From positions 4,032,001 to 4,096,000 of the forward strand of contig OY730476.1 in NCBI GenBank assembly GCA_963422735.1: a DNA stretch of 64,000 nucleotides. The letters are read 5' to 3'. The stretch is from Candidatus Latescibacterota bacterium (lineage in GTDB: Bacteria; Latescibacterota; UBA2968; UBA8231). Below are positions 17,421 to 27,354 of the stretch, piece by piece (within the stretch, counting starts at the first letter, position 1; each line of letters begins with the position of its first letter). The position numbers and the translations under genes are program-made. Below the pieces are notes generated by a model. That model was not told where the DNA came from. It searched no databases and was given only the letters and a program-made list of their open reading frames with translations.

Positions 17421-18451
17421 GCGAGTGCCCCCTGCAATGCGACCTCTCGTTCGCCAGAAGCGATTTCTCCGAACCGATAGGCCGGGCAGGCTTGGGCCGC
17501 TAAGTGGGCCAGCACCTGTTCTACGGCCTCGGGCGCAACCACCAGCACCATGCCCACTCCCATGTTAAACGTGCGCAGCATGTCCGCGTCCTCTAGGTCG
17601 CCTGCTGCGCGCAAGGTGCGGAAGATCGGCGGGATCTTTAGGGCCGCCAAGTCGAGTTGGGCGTTAAGGCCCGACGGCAAGATGCGACTGAGGTTGTCGC
17701 GGAGGCCGCCGCCGGTGATGTGGGCCATGCCGTGGAGGCCGGGGTCGGTGAAAAGGCCGCGCACGGCCTGCAAGTAGCAAGTATGGGGCTTGAGCACTGC
17801 TTCGAGGAAGGGTTCGCCGGCTATGTCTGCGGCGAGCAGCTCGGGTTGCCGAGCTAAAAGGGCGCGGACCAGCGTGTAGCCATTGGTGTGCAAGCCGTTG
17901 GAAGCGAGCGCCAAAACCTGATCGCCGGCCTCGATCGCTTGGCCATCGATGATATTGTCCTTATCAACGACGCCGATGACGCTGGCGGTCAGCACGTAGA
18001 GGCCGTCGGGAACCACGCCGGGCTGCACCGAAGTCTCTCCGCCGGTCAGGGTGCAGCCCTGTTGGCGGCAGGCGTCGGCCAAGGCTTCTACAAGGTCGTT
18101 GACGATTATTCCCTCCATCGTACCGCATACGATGACGTCCTGGATCGAAATTGGCTCGGCGCCCATGGCGATAATATCGTCGATGAGGTGGTTGACCATG
18201 TCGTAGCAGACCCCGCGATGGCGGCCGTGGGCAAAAGCCAACTTCTGCTTGGATCCTGGCTCCTCGCTCTTGTGGACCAGCACTGGGTGTGCGTATCCGG
18301 GGAAGCGGGCGTCGAGCAAGGTGGCGAATGCGCCAATACGGTTGAGTACGCGCGGGTCTGCGGTTTCCATGCTCGCGGCCATGGCGCGCTTGGCGGCATC
18401 GGTCTGGTCTATATCGACGCCGGTGCTGGCATAGGAGAGGCGTTGGCTCAT
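17414..18451 (-). CDS. purM: Phosphoribosylformylglycinamidine cyclo-ligase (AIR synthetase)
   Basis: YASTGVDID, GGET, SNGLHTNGY, HITGGG, RTFNMGVG; ATGA overlap with upstream gene. Confidence 0.95.
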   Translation of the reverse strand: MSQRLSYASTGVDIDQTDAAKRAMAASMETADPRVLNRIGAFATLLDARFPGYAHPVLVHKSEEPGSKQKLAFAHGRHRGVCYDMVNHLIDDIIAMGAEPISIQDVIVCGTMEGIIVNDLVEALADACRQQGCTLTGGETSVQPGVVPDGLYVLTASVIGVVDKDNIIDGQAIEAGDQVLALASNGLHTNGYTLVRALLARQPELLAADIAGEPFLEAVLKPHTCYLQAVRGLFTDPGLHGMAHITGGGLRDNLSRILPSGLNAQLDLAALKIPPIFRTLRAAGDLEDADMLRTFNMGVGMVLVVAPEAVEQVLAHLAAQACPAYRFGEIASGEREVALQGALAW

Positions 18452-19620
18452 AGGGTTCCTTGCTGTTCCATCAAGTCGGAGATCAACTCGACGCCCAATC
18501 CCGGCCCTAACGGAGCGTGCAGGCAGCCTTGCCGGTAGGTCAAGCGCGGTGTGACTACATCGCTTGCCAACAGGCCCGGGCCGACCAAATCCGAGGGCGC
18601 GCAAACAGCTTTCGAGGCCACGCCCAGATGCACGGCCGCGGCCGTGCCAATGCCCAGCTCGACTGTACTGCCGAGCAGGACGGGTACGCTGGCGGCCGCG
18701 GCGAGTTGGATCAGACGCTGGGCGCGGTGCAGGCTGCCGGCTTGGACGGGCGCGACGTTGAAGGCATCCACAGCCCGGTGGCGCAAGAGGGCGAGGGCAA
18801 ACGAGTCGGCAAAGTCGGCGACGTGTTCGATGAGGGCGGCGGGCACGGCCGTGCGCACCCTCGCCAAGGCCAAGGCTGCGGAGTCTGGGTCGGCATTGAC
18901 CTGCTCGGGGTGGTCCTTGGCCACTTTGCGTGCGACGCATTGGATCGGCGTCTCAACCGCATCTACGCCCAGCGCAGATAGCTCGCGGATCCGCTCGATG
19001 GCCTCTTCTTCTTCCCACGCGCCCGAAGCATCGGCTTTGAGGTATGCATCCGGGCCGACAATCCGGCGGCAGACGCGGACGCGCTCGCAATCGAGCTCAA
19101 AGTCGGCCCCCACTTTGAGCTTGAAGGCCCTAAAGCCCGCGGCGACTTTTTCCTGAATCTCCTCTACCAGCGCATCCGCACTGCGGATGTACGCGACCCA
19201 AGAGATGGGTAGCGCGTCCCGGTACTGGCCGCCTAAGAGCGCGTGGGCCGGGGCGTTGTAATACTTGCCCGCGAGGTCGATCAGGGCCATTTCTACGGCT
19301 GCGCCGACGAGCTGGCGGAATTCCGGGTGATCGCTAGCCGGCAGTGCCTCGGCTACGCGCTCCCAAGCGAGGAGTCGTTTGCGCGGGTCAGCACCAGCGA
19401 GCAGGGGCGTCAGGGTCTCGCGCAGGGTCGCTGGCGATGGCGCTTGCCACGCATCTTCTATATCCGAGATCTCGCCGAGGCCGCGCAGGCCGGTATTGGT
19501 CTCGATTTCCAGCACGTAGTAGCGCGAGGCATTCTTGCTGTGGCCGCCCGTGGGGGCTACGTAGGTGTGATACACGCGGGGTACGGCGACCGAGTAAACG
19601 CGGATGTGGCAGATGTGCAT
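18448..19620 (-). CDS. Mandelate racemase/muconate lactonizing (enolase superfamily) enzyme, divergent
   Basis: AVEMALIDLAGK, FKLKVG, DASGAW, ETP, GPGLGVE. Confidence 0.85.
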   Translation of the reverse strand: MHICHIRVYSVAVPRVYHTYVAPTGGHSKNASRYYVLEIETNTGLRGLGEISDIEDAWQAPSPATLRETLTPLLAGADPRKRLLAWERVAEALPASDHPEFRQLVGAAVEMALIDLAGKYYNAPAHALLGGQYRDALPISWVAYIRSADALVEEIQEKVAAGFRAFKLKVGADFELDCERVRVCRRIVGPDAYLKADASGAWEEEEAIERIRELSALGVDAVETPIQCVARKVAKDHPEQVNADPDSAALALARVRTAVPAALIEHVADFADSFALALLRHRAVDAFNVAPVQAGSLHRAQRLIQLAAAASVPVLLGSTVELGIGTAAAVHLGVASKAVCAPSDLVGPGLLASDVVTPRLTYRQGCLHAPLGPGLGVELISDLMEQQGTL

Positions 19621-19649
19621 AAGGCGACTCTGAGAAGATGACTGGCCGG

Positions 19650-19678
19650 ATTGTACGGCTGGCCCTCGGCTGAGTCAA
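19650..19678 (-). promoter_or_regulatory. Sigma70 promoter for the enolase-purM operon
   Basis: TTGACT-17 nt-TACAAT on minus strand. Confidence 0.7.
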
Positions 19679-19800
19679 CCGTATATTATCCACTGACGTT
19701 ACGTAGCCTGATGTAACGTCTGTAGCTTCCGGTTGCCCGTACGTCGACGCGGGAATCCAGACTCAGCGAGCCCGGCGGGTCTATCTTAGACGAGCGGCCG

Positions 19801-19870
19801 AACCACTAACCACTAACCACTAACCACTAACCACTAACCACTAACCACTAACCACTAACCACTAACCACT
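19801..19870. repeat. Perfect tandem heptamer repeat (AACCACT)x10
   Basis: Read directly; ends 3 nt before the mqnB TTG start. Confidence 0.98.
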
Positions 19871-19873
19871 CTT

Positions 19874-20596
19874 TTGACGGCCACGGAAGAGATCCTCGTG
19901 CTGAGCGCGACGGCCTTTGAGCAACTTGCCCTAAGAGAGGCCGTGGCCGAGTGCGTGCAGCGCAAAGTCGCCGAGCGCGAATGGGTGAGTGGGAAAATTG
20001 GCACTCAGCCGGTGACCTTGGTGGCGACCGGGATCGGCGCGGTGAACACAGCGCACGCGCTCACCTGCTACTTGCAGGGGCAGCGGCCGCTGCGGGTTGT
20101 ACAGATCGGCGTGGGCGGGGCGTATCCAGAGAGCGGCGCAAGCGTCGGGGACTTGGCCTTGGCCAGCGAGGAATACTACGGGGATCTGGGGGTGCGGACG
20201 CCGGACGGCTGGCAGAGCGGAGAGCTGATTGGCATTCCGGTGCTGGAAAAAGGGCACTCGTACTACAATTGCTTTCCCATCGACGAACAGTGGGTGCAGC
20301 GGGCAGCGGCGGCTTTGCCAGAAGCCCACATCGGCCCCTTCGTCACCGTGCAGGAATGCGCGGGCACCGACGACTTGGGGGTGGAAAGGGGGCGGTGCTT
20401 TGGGGCCTTGTGCGAAAACATGGAGGGTGCGGCCGCCGCGCATGTATGCGCCCTGTACGAGGTGCCTTTTGCCGAACTCCGCGCTATGAGCAACATCGTC
20501 GAGCAGCGCGCGCGGGAGCAATGGGATTTGCCACGAGCCGCCGCTAGAGCACAAAACGCGGCTCAGAAGCTCTTGGAGGAGGGGCTATGCGCGTGA
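19874..20596 (+). CDS. mqnB: Futalosine hydrolase
   Basis: PNP/MTAN fold: TGIGAVN, GVGGAY, ENMEGAA, RAMSNIVE..R..WD; directly upstream of mqnD. Confidence 0.85.
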   Translation: MTATEEILVLSATAFEQLALREAVAECVQRKVAEREWVSGKIGTQPVTLVATGIGAVNTAHALTCYLQGQRPLRVVQIGVGGAYPESGASVGDLALASEEYYGDLGVRTPDGWQSGELIGIPVLEKGHSYYNCFPIDEQWVQRAAAALPEAHIGPFVTVQECAGTDDLGVERGRCFGALCENMEGAAAAHVCALYEVPFAELRAMSNIVEQRAREQWDLPRAAARAQNAAQKLLEEGLCA

Positions 20597-21414
20597 CCTT
20601 GGGCTATTCGCCCTGTCCCAACGATACGTTTGTCTTTTGCGGCTTGGTCCACGGACAGATCGCCGGCGCACCCGAATGCACACCGGTGCTGGCCGACATA
20701 GAAACGCTCAACGCTCAGGCGCTGCGAGGGCAACTCGACGCGACCAAAATATCTTTCCACGCGCTGGCGCACTTGCGGGAGCAGTACTGCCTCCTGCATT
20801 CGGGCGGTGCCTTGGGGAGGGGGTGCGGGCCGCTCTTGGTAGCGCGGGAGAGGTTGGCACGGGAAGATCTCAAGCACAAGCGGATCGCCATTCCCGGGCG
20901 ACTAACCACCGCAGCCCTGTTGCTGAGGCTCTTTGATCCCAGCATTGAGCAGCTAGCAATCATGCCTTTCGACCAGATCGTGGGCGCGACCGCGCAAGGC
21001 TTAGTTGATGCGGGCGTCATCATCCACGAGAGCCGCTTCACCTATGCCCAACACGGGTTAGAAGCAATCATCGACCTAGGCCAGTGGTGGGAGGAAAGCA
21101 CTGGGCATCCGATCCCCCTCGGCGGCATCCTCGCGCGGCGCAGCCTCGGAGCCGAGTTCATCGACCGGCTCGATCGCGCGCTCGTTCAGAGCGTGGAGTA
21201 CGCCTATGCCCACCCGGACGTAGTGCGGGGCTACATCTGCCAGTACGCCCAAGAGATGGACGAAGGCGTCATACAGGCGCACATTGACCTGTACGTCAAC
21301 CAACATACGCTCGACTACGGAGCAGACGGCGAGGCCGCCATATTCGACCTGATTGAGCGAGCCGAGCGGGCCGGCATCGCGCCCAAGTCCGATGCTCCGC
21401 TCTTTATCTTTTAA
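20587..21414 (+). CDS. mqnD: 1,4-dihydroxy-6-naphthoate synthase
   Basis: SPCPNDTF, GALGRGCGP, IIHESRFTY, HIDLYVN. Confidence 0.95.
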   Translation: MRVTLGYSPCPNDTFVFCGLVHGQIAGAPECTPVLADIETLNAQALRGQLDATKISFHALAHLREQYCLLHSGGALGRGCGPLLVARERLAREDLKHKRIAIPGRLTTAALLLRLFDPSIEQLAIMPFDQIVGATAQGLVDAGVIIHESRFTYAQHGLEAIIDLGQWWEESTGHPIPLGGILARRSLGAEFIDRLDRALVQSVEYAYAHPDVVRGYICQYAQEMDEGVIQAHIDLYVNQHTLDYGADGEAAIFDLIERAERAGIAPKSDAPLFIF

Positions 21415-21437
21415 ACGATCACTATGGAGCAATACGC

Positions 21438-22457
21438 GTGAAACTGGTGCAATTTATCGAGCCGGGCGACGGCATGCGCTTGGGCCTCGTCGCCGGCGAC
21501 GAAGTCTTAGACCTGACGGGCGCAGAACAGGGGCCGCGCACCGTGCATCAGCTCTACTACGACGGCGGCGGCGACGAGATTGGGCTGGTAGCGGCCGCTC
21601 GGAACCTACAAAAACGGGCTGCGCGTCGCTTGCCCTTAGACGCGCTATTGGCCAACCGCAGCACCCGCGATCCGTACCTTGTTAAGCCGGTCAGCGGTCC
21701 GCCCGGCCATCCCCACGCCCTGCGCGTGTGGCTGGCCGGAGTGACCCACCAAGTCAGCGCGAAACTGCGCGAAATCGAGGCCCAGCAGGCCACCGGCGAG
21801 GCGGTCAACGTGTACGATCAGAAATACCGAGAAGTGTCCGGTGGCGGGCGACCTGAGCTATTCGCCAAGGGCGAGCCGGACGCCGTCGTCGGGCACGGCC
21901 AGCCCATCACCCGCCCCGGCGATACCCAGCGCTTGGTGCCAGAGACCGAGTTGGTGTCGGTCTATGGCTTGACGCGCCAAGGCCACTTAGAGAGGCTGGG
22001 CTACACCGGCGGAAACGACGCCACCGACAACGGCATTGAGGCCGCCAATCCCCTCAACTTGCCCCAAGCCAAAAATTGGGCCGGTGGGTGCGCTTCTCTA
22101 GGGCCGGTGTTGGTGGCGGCCGACGAGTACGACGACGAGGTCGAGGTCTCGTGTCGCATCTTGCGCAACGGACAATCCATAGCTTACAAGCAGGGCGCGA
22201 CCGGCCAGAACAACCTGAACATGCCCGGGCGGCTTTTGCACTTAGAGCACCACCTTTTCAGGCGGATGCCCCTAGCGCCGCGCACCCTGTTGGCGTTTTA
22301 TTGGGGGACGCCCATCGTCTTTGCCGAGGCGGACTTGGCGGGGGGGCTTTTAGACGGGGACGTGATGCAGTTGACCTTTTCCGGTGGGATCGGGGTTTTG
22401 GAAAATCCAGTGGTGCCCCTCGAAGAGCCAAGGCAGCTACAGGGTTTAGGGGGATAG
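21438..22457 (+). CDS. Fumarylacetoacetate hydrolase-like protein
   Basis: WLAGVTH, RPELFAK, VPETEL, GYTGGND, NPLNLPQAK, GVLENPV. Confidence 0.7.
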   Translation: MKLVQFIEPGDGMRLGLVAGDEVLDLTGAEQGPRTVHQLYYDGGGDEIGLVAAARNLQKRAARRLPLDALLANRSTRDPYLVKPVSGPPGHPHALRVWLAGVTHQVSAKLREIEAQQATGEAVNVYDQKYREVSGGGRPELFAKGEPDAVVGHGQPITRPGDTQRLVPETELVSVYGLTRQGHLERLGYTGGNDATDNGIEAANPLNLPQAKNWAGGCASLGPVLVAADEYDDEVEVSCRILRNGQSIAYKQGATGQNNLNMPGRLLHLEHHLFRRMPLAPRTLLAFYWGTPIVFAEADLAGGLLDGDVMQLTFSGGIGVLENPVVPLEEPRQLQGLGG

Positions 22458-23059
22458 CGGCGGCAAGTTCTCCGTTCTTTCGAATAGATCCAAGCGCTCG
22501 CATATTCCAACGAGTTTCCCATGTAGATGCCGTACGTCGACCACCGCCCCGAAGCGAATGAATATCTTTTCGAAGCACTCGTACTGTGGACCCCAATAGA
22601 CCATCGCGCAGGACATTGGAGCACCCTTGCCACCGTCCCTCCCGTTTACGAGAAAGCGCAGCCGGGTGTCGTAGAGAAACGCGATCGCAGTAGCAGCGCC
22701 GAACACGTATTGTTTCCAGTGGCGAGTATTCGCAGCGACAGGCACAAGGGCGAGCACTTCAACACCGTGTTGTACGTGAGCCTCGGTGCATTTTCGAAGC
22801 CAATCTCGAATCGTGGTGCCTCTCTCGCGGTCCCTGCCGTATGGAGGATTGACGAAGACGGTAGGGTAATCCACGATGCTGACAATCCGTCAATCTCAGG
22901 CAGAGCGTATTCTACAGTCGCCCCTACGATAGAATGGCGATTGGAGCATGGGTCCAGCGCGACTGATTCGGCGAAAAACTCTCGTATCGCGTTAACGTAC
23001 TTTGGTGGAGTACACCAATGTTGGCTTAGCACTTCGGCGTTGTTACGTCCTGCAGTCAT
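22446..23059 (-). pseudogene. Phage-Dam-type DNA N6-adenine methyltransferase with a frameshift near 22872
   Basis: WCTP, LDPC, DGLSASW in one frame; DYPTVFVNPPY in the next; lower GC than flanks. Confidence 0.8.
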
Positions 23060-23478
23060 GTCTAGTCACCCGCGTACCAGTCTTTTGCGGGTTCTCAGTC
23101 GTACCGGCACGGGGAGAGTTTTCAAATCGAAAAATAGGAGAACGTGTCCATTGAATACAGTATAGCACCTCAACTAGCCGGTATCGCAGTGCTTGGCTAG
23201 TGAATCATCAGGTGCTATTTGTATGGTACCGTTTTTTATTTGTTGTATACAAGGCCACTCGACAGCATCGCAAAGCAGCCCGAGGGGGTTTTAAGAACGC
23301 TTCTAAAAAAGTTAGTGTCTCAAGAGCTTCTATTGTCTCGCGAACTACTTTGACAGTACTCAATTTCTCATCCTTTGTTCATCTAACTCAAAAAGTTATT
23401 ATATCACTCTCTCGCTAGTATAGTCTGTTCTACATCGCCTTCCATTATACTTCAACAGGAGATGCTTTAACTGCTGTC

Positions 23479-24975
23479 CTAGCGGCGATACTGATCGAGC
23501 GCTCCTCGCCTCGGATCGAAGGTCGTAGCGTGGTTCCACGAGGCGTCGTGCTTGTGCATCACGTCCCGGATTAGGCGACGGCGGTAGAGGCTGTCGAGGT
23601 TGTCGGCGGCCATCTTATCGGGGTCGAAGCGGTCGAGGATCAGCCCGCGCAGGTGAGTCTCGATTGCAGTGTGCTCGGCTGTCCCGGCTAGGTTATTCCA
23701 CTCGCCGGGGTCGCTTTCCAAGTCAAAAAGCTGCGGCTGGTGGCCGTGGATATAATTGTATTTGAACCGGCCTTGGCGGACCATGATGCAGGGCGCGCCC
23801 ACGGCCTCGTGGGCTTGGGCGAAGATGTGGCGGTCGGCGCTGTGGCCCTCAATGACTGGCAAGAGGCTGGTGCCATCGAGGGACAAGCTCGCCTCGGCAC
23901 CGGCCAACTCGCAAAACGTCGGCAGCAGGTCGAGAAGCGAGGTTGGCGTCTCGACGGTGGTGCCGGCCTGCCACTGATCGGGGAAGCGGACGATGAGGGG
24001 GACGCGGCAGGACCACTCGTAAAAACAGCGCTTCTGTACCATCTCCTTTTCGCACAGCATGTCGCCGTGGTCGGAGGTAAAAACCACAACCGTGTTGTCG
24101 AGCAGGCCCGTTTCCTCCAGAGTTGCCATCAGGCCGCCGACCTTGTCGTCGAGGTACGTCACCAAGCCGTAGTACGCGCGGCGCAGGCGGCGCAGGCTTT
24201 CTGGATAGCGCAAGTTGAAGCGGCGGGTGCCGTGGTAGGCGTTGAGCCAGCGATCCATCGCCGAGTAACTCTCATCGAGATAGGACGGGAATTCGGGAAT
24301 GGCAATTTCGGCGTCTGCGTAGCGGTCCCAGTACGACTGCGGCGGGTGGAACGGCTCGTGTGGGTGGTGGAAGGAGGCGCAGAGGAAGAAAGGGGCATCG
24401 CCGCGTTGGGCGCGCAGATATTCGACGGAGCGGAAGTGAGTTTCTTCGTCGTAGCTGAGGGCGTTGTGCCAGAAATTGACCCGTACGGCTTGGCCGGTGT
24501 AGCCACCAGCGTTGTAGGTCGGGCGGGTGCTCATAACTTCTTCGTAGTGGTCTCCCTTGGTCTCCTTGATGCGGATCCACTCTTCCTTGACCCATGAAAA
24601 GTCGGGCGGGTAGATATCGGTCGTCAGTCGGCGGTGGAAGCCGTGTAGCTGATCGGGACCGACGAAGTGCATCTTGCCCGAAAGCACGGTGTCGTAGCCC
24701 GCGTCGCTGAGGTAATGGGCGTATGATGGCACATCCGCGGCCAACAGCGCGCCATTGTCCCAAGCACCGATCTCGGAGGCATGGCGTCCGCTGGTGATGC
24801 AGGCGCGGCCCGGAGCGCACAAAGGAAACGGAGTATAGGCCGAGTCAAAGCGGACGCCTTCGGCGGCGAGGTGATTCAAGTGCGGCGTCTGGACGACTCG
24901 ATGGCCGTACGCACCGGTCAGGGCGGCGATGAGCTGGTCGGACATTATGAAGAGGATATTGGGGCGGTCGGGCAT
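23479..24975 (-). CDS. Sulfatase, choline-sulfatase-like
   Basis: NILFIMSDQ, CAPGR (CxPxR), GKMHF, HPHEP, SDHG. Confidence 0.9.
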   Translation of the reverse strand: MPDRPNILFIMSDQLIAALTGAYGHRVVQTPHLNHLAAEGVRFDSAYTPFPLCAPGRACITSGRHASEIGAWDNGALLAADVPSYAHYLSDAGYDTVLSGKMHFVGPDQLHGFHRRLTTDIYPPDFSWVKEEWIRIKETKGDHYEEVMSTRPTYNAGGYTGQAVRVNFWHNALSYDEETHFRSVEYLRAQRGDAPFFLCASFHHPHEPFHPPQSYWDRYADAEIAIPEFPSYLDESYSAMDRWLNAYHGTRRFNLRYPESLRRLRRAYYGLVTYLDDKVGGLMATLEETGLLDNTVVVFTSDHGDMLCEKEMVQKRCFYEWSCRVPLIVRFPDQWQAGTTVETPTSLLDLLPTFCELAGAEASLSLDGTSLLPVIEGHSADRHIFAQAHEAVGAPCIMVRQGRFKYNYIHGHQPQLFDLESDPGEWNNLAGTAEHTAIETHLRGLILDRFDPDKMAADNLDSLYRRRLIRDVMHKHDASWNHATTFDPRRGALDQYRR

Positions 24976-25040
24976 GGTTTAGCTTTCTGGTGAAGGGATC
25001 TTGTCTGGTGCCGACGCAGGCAAACATTGAGTTGGTTTAA

Positions 25041-25964
25041 TCAAGAAAACTGCGTAATGCGAATCGTGTAGTGGAACACCTCATTGGTGAATTCAGCCCA
25101 ACTCTCCCCGTCGTGCGCCAGATCGTCGAGCAGGAACACCTTCTCGACGCCCATCTGATCGAGCCTAGAGCGCATCTCGGCCGTTATGACACCGGCGATC
25201 AACATATTGACGCAATTCGGAGGCGTAGCTATGGCCCCAAGTCTTTCGAGCGCACCTGCCGGGTCCTTCCCTCCTTTGATCTCGATGGTTGCTACATCTC
25301 GTGTAGTCCCAGATAGCTCTTGCCTGAAGAGGATGTCAGGTTCCGATCCATAGCGCATCGAATACCCATTCGGCAATTGGAACTCCGTCTTTGCGTCGTT
25401 CTGTTTGACAGTCAGATGACGGCGGTCCAGCCAGTTTCTAATGCGGGTCTTGACCAGATCCTCGGCATCTTGACCGATGATGTTGCGGAATGTCCCATCT
25501 AGTCCAACCCCCATGTTGGCGATGATGTTTCGATATCCGTTATCCAGTGTCCATTTAGACGTACCTTCGATGATAGAACAGATCACCGCATTGTATAGTC
25601 GAGCCACGCATTTACTCTGAGATTCATTTATAGGAGTCTTGCGAGTGCCGTCTTCCCAAGAGGCTACACTGTTAGCAATATCCGCGACCCGTTTCTGGGG
25701 CAGTAGGGCGATTCCCCGATAGTATTGGGATAGCTGGGGATGTTTGCGAAGAAATACCGGATTGGCAAAAACGAACTTGGGGTCAATGTTCGATCTGCTG
25801 ATGTAATTCCATGCCTGTTGGCTGATCATCAGGTCTTTCAAGGGATGGTATTCCGGTTCTTCTTCCAAGTTGGCAATAAGGGTACGCAATGTACAATCAG
25901 TACGCTCTTGTATTCGTGCGGACATCAGGGTCGATTGGAACTGTGCATCGTGTAAGCTAGTCAT
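25041..25964 (-). CDS. Type II restriction endonuclease, XcyI/AvaI-like PD-(D/E)xK
   Basis: EPDI...IEIKGGKDPAGALERLGA; coupled to upstream MTase; lower GC. Confidence 0.75.
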   Translation of the reverse strand: MTSLHDAQFQSTLMSARIQERTDCTLRTLIANLEEEPEYHPLKDLMISQQAWNYISRSNIDPKFVFANPVFLRKHPQLSQYYRGIALLPQKRVADIANSVASWEDGTRKTPINESQSKCVARLYNAVICSIIEGTSKWTLDNGYRNIIANMGVGLDGTFRNIIGQDAEDLVKTRIRNWLDRRHLTVKQNDAKTEFQLPNGYSMRYGSEPDILFRQELSGTTRDVATIEIKGGKDPAGALERLGAIATPPNCVNMLIAGVITAEMRSRLDQMGVEKVFLLDDLAHDGESWAEFTNEVFHYTIRITQFS

Positions 25965-27354
25965 CTGTGCGTACCCACATGTAAACACACTTTCTTATTT
26001 CACGTCTGCCAAAGCGACGCATCTGCTGGCTTGAATTCCCTTTGCCTCGGGGTAACATCCAAATCTCCTCGCAACGGAATCCTGACTGCTCGGCAAAGTC
26101 GGACAAGATCAGGTCCGTAGGGACTTCCTCGCCGTGATACTGAACGTTGTCGTTCACCATGAGCACCGTGCCGTCGGGTCGCAATATCCGCCCTAGCTCC
26201 GCGATGATGATCGCCATTTCAAAAAAATAACCTTCGATTAGACGGATCACATGCCTGTTCCCCAATTCATCGATGTGTTGATTGAGGATGGCGAGAATCT
26301 CGTGAATAGCACCTTGGCCTTCATACATTTGAATTGCGTTCGCCAACAAGGATGAATCTTCTCTGTATATTTCTTGCAGCCACTCCCTTTTCGATCTGTT
26401 TTCTACCGTCGCTGTCAGCATACGCTGTCGTAAGTTGGAAAATGCGTCTTGGTCGTATCCGAGCCAAGCTAGTTCGAGTGCATAAGTTCGCGTATAGTCA
26501 TACCGATTGGCGTACGGGGGTGAAGTGATGACCATATCGAATCCGCCGCTTGGCAGAAAACGCAACAGCTCGAGGCTGGAACCAATTTGAAACGCTGGGT
26601 ATCCTCCCCCATATTCCTGCTGTAGAATGGCGATATCCTGAGTCATTTCGAACAGACGATCACCAACGGCTTGTTCCAATGCCAGTATCGGACCTTTGTC
26701 AACCTTGCTTCTAAGATTCCTTGCAGCCCGATGGTCCCACCGCAAGTATTGACCATCCTTGCGGGTGTAACTCACATCTTCCAAAACGGTCATACAGGCT
26801 AGGTCGAGCAACTTCTTGATGCCAGAATCCTCAATCGTATCGATGAACCTTCTCGCCTTAGCGATTGCAATTTCCGTCTCGGCTGGGAAGGCCGCTTCCG
26901 TTATCCTGACATGGGTAAACGAATGCTCAGGCTCGGGGACATCGCCTGATCTAATGCTGTCGAGCAGCGCAGCTCCGGCCGATTCAAATCTTTCTCGAGA
27001 CAGCCCGTTGGCAGCCTCGGCGATCCCGTGGCCGACCATGACACCTACAGGCATAATCTCGATTCCCGTGGCTCGTAAACCGCGTGCGGTGGCTACAAGG
27101 GGAGTCGTACCAATGCCGCAAAAAGGATCGAGGACGTTTGTTGGGTGGAACTTTTGTATAAAGCTCTCGACTAGCGAACGAGAGAATCCCTCCTTGTACT
27201 TCATCCATCTCAGACCGGGAACGCGACGATTGCCCTGATACGACACGGTCTTGCGTGTGAACGCGCTGTTGACTTCTATACGACTCCCGAAACGCTCTTC
27301 GAGAGATCGACGTTCTTGGACACGGCCTCCGTTAGGGGAAATCGCAGGCTGCAT
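25957..27354 (-). CDS. Site-specific DNA methyltransferase (likely N4-cytosine)
   Basis: DPFCGIGTT (motif I) before TSPPY (motif IV); KYKEGFS; GNSSQQM. Confidence 0.9.
   Translation of the reverse strand: MQPAISPNGGRVQERRSLEERFGSRIEVNSAFTRKTVSYQGNRRVPGLRWMKYKEGFSRSLVESFIQKFHPTNVLDPFCGIGTTPLVATARGLRATGIEIMPVGVMVGHGIAEAANGLSRERFESAGAALLDSIRSGDVPEPEHSFTHVRITEAAFPAETEIAIAKARRFIDTIEDSGIKKLLDLACMTVLEDVSYTRKDGQYLRWDHRAARNLRSKVDKGPILALEQAVGDRLFEMTQDIAILQQEYGGGYPAFQIGSSLELLRFLPSGGFDMVITSPPYANRYDYTRTYALELAWLGYDQDAFSNLRQRMLTATVENRSKREWLQEIYREDSSLLANAIQMYEGQGAIHEILAILNQHIDELGNRHVIRLIEGYFFEMAIIIAELGRILRPDGTVLMVNDNVQYHGEEVPTDLILSDFAEQSGFRCEEIWMLPRGKGNSSQQMRRFGRREIRKCVYMWVRTDD

Noticed and set aside
17414-18940. 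508-aa ORF suggesting a PurM fusion
   Set aside because: The N-terminal extension overlaps the enolase-family gene in another frame; the real start is the ATGA overlap at 18451
18448-19620. Enolase-family gene as menC because it neighbours menaquinone genes
   Set aside because: The neighbours are futalosine-pathway genes, which do not use MenC, and no other men genes are present
19690-19800. Hairpin GACGTTAC...GTAACGTC and GCGGGAATCCAG half-REP as an ncRNA or repeat template
   Set aside because: No matching structure in the same orientation beside the second tract, only a 10-nt coincidental match; the palindrome could be an operator but support is weak
19801-19870. Heptamer tracts (also 56866-56934) as CRISPR arrays
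   Set aside because: 7-bp units with no spacers and no cas genes
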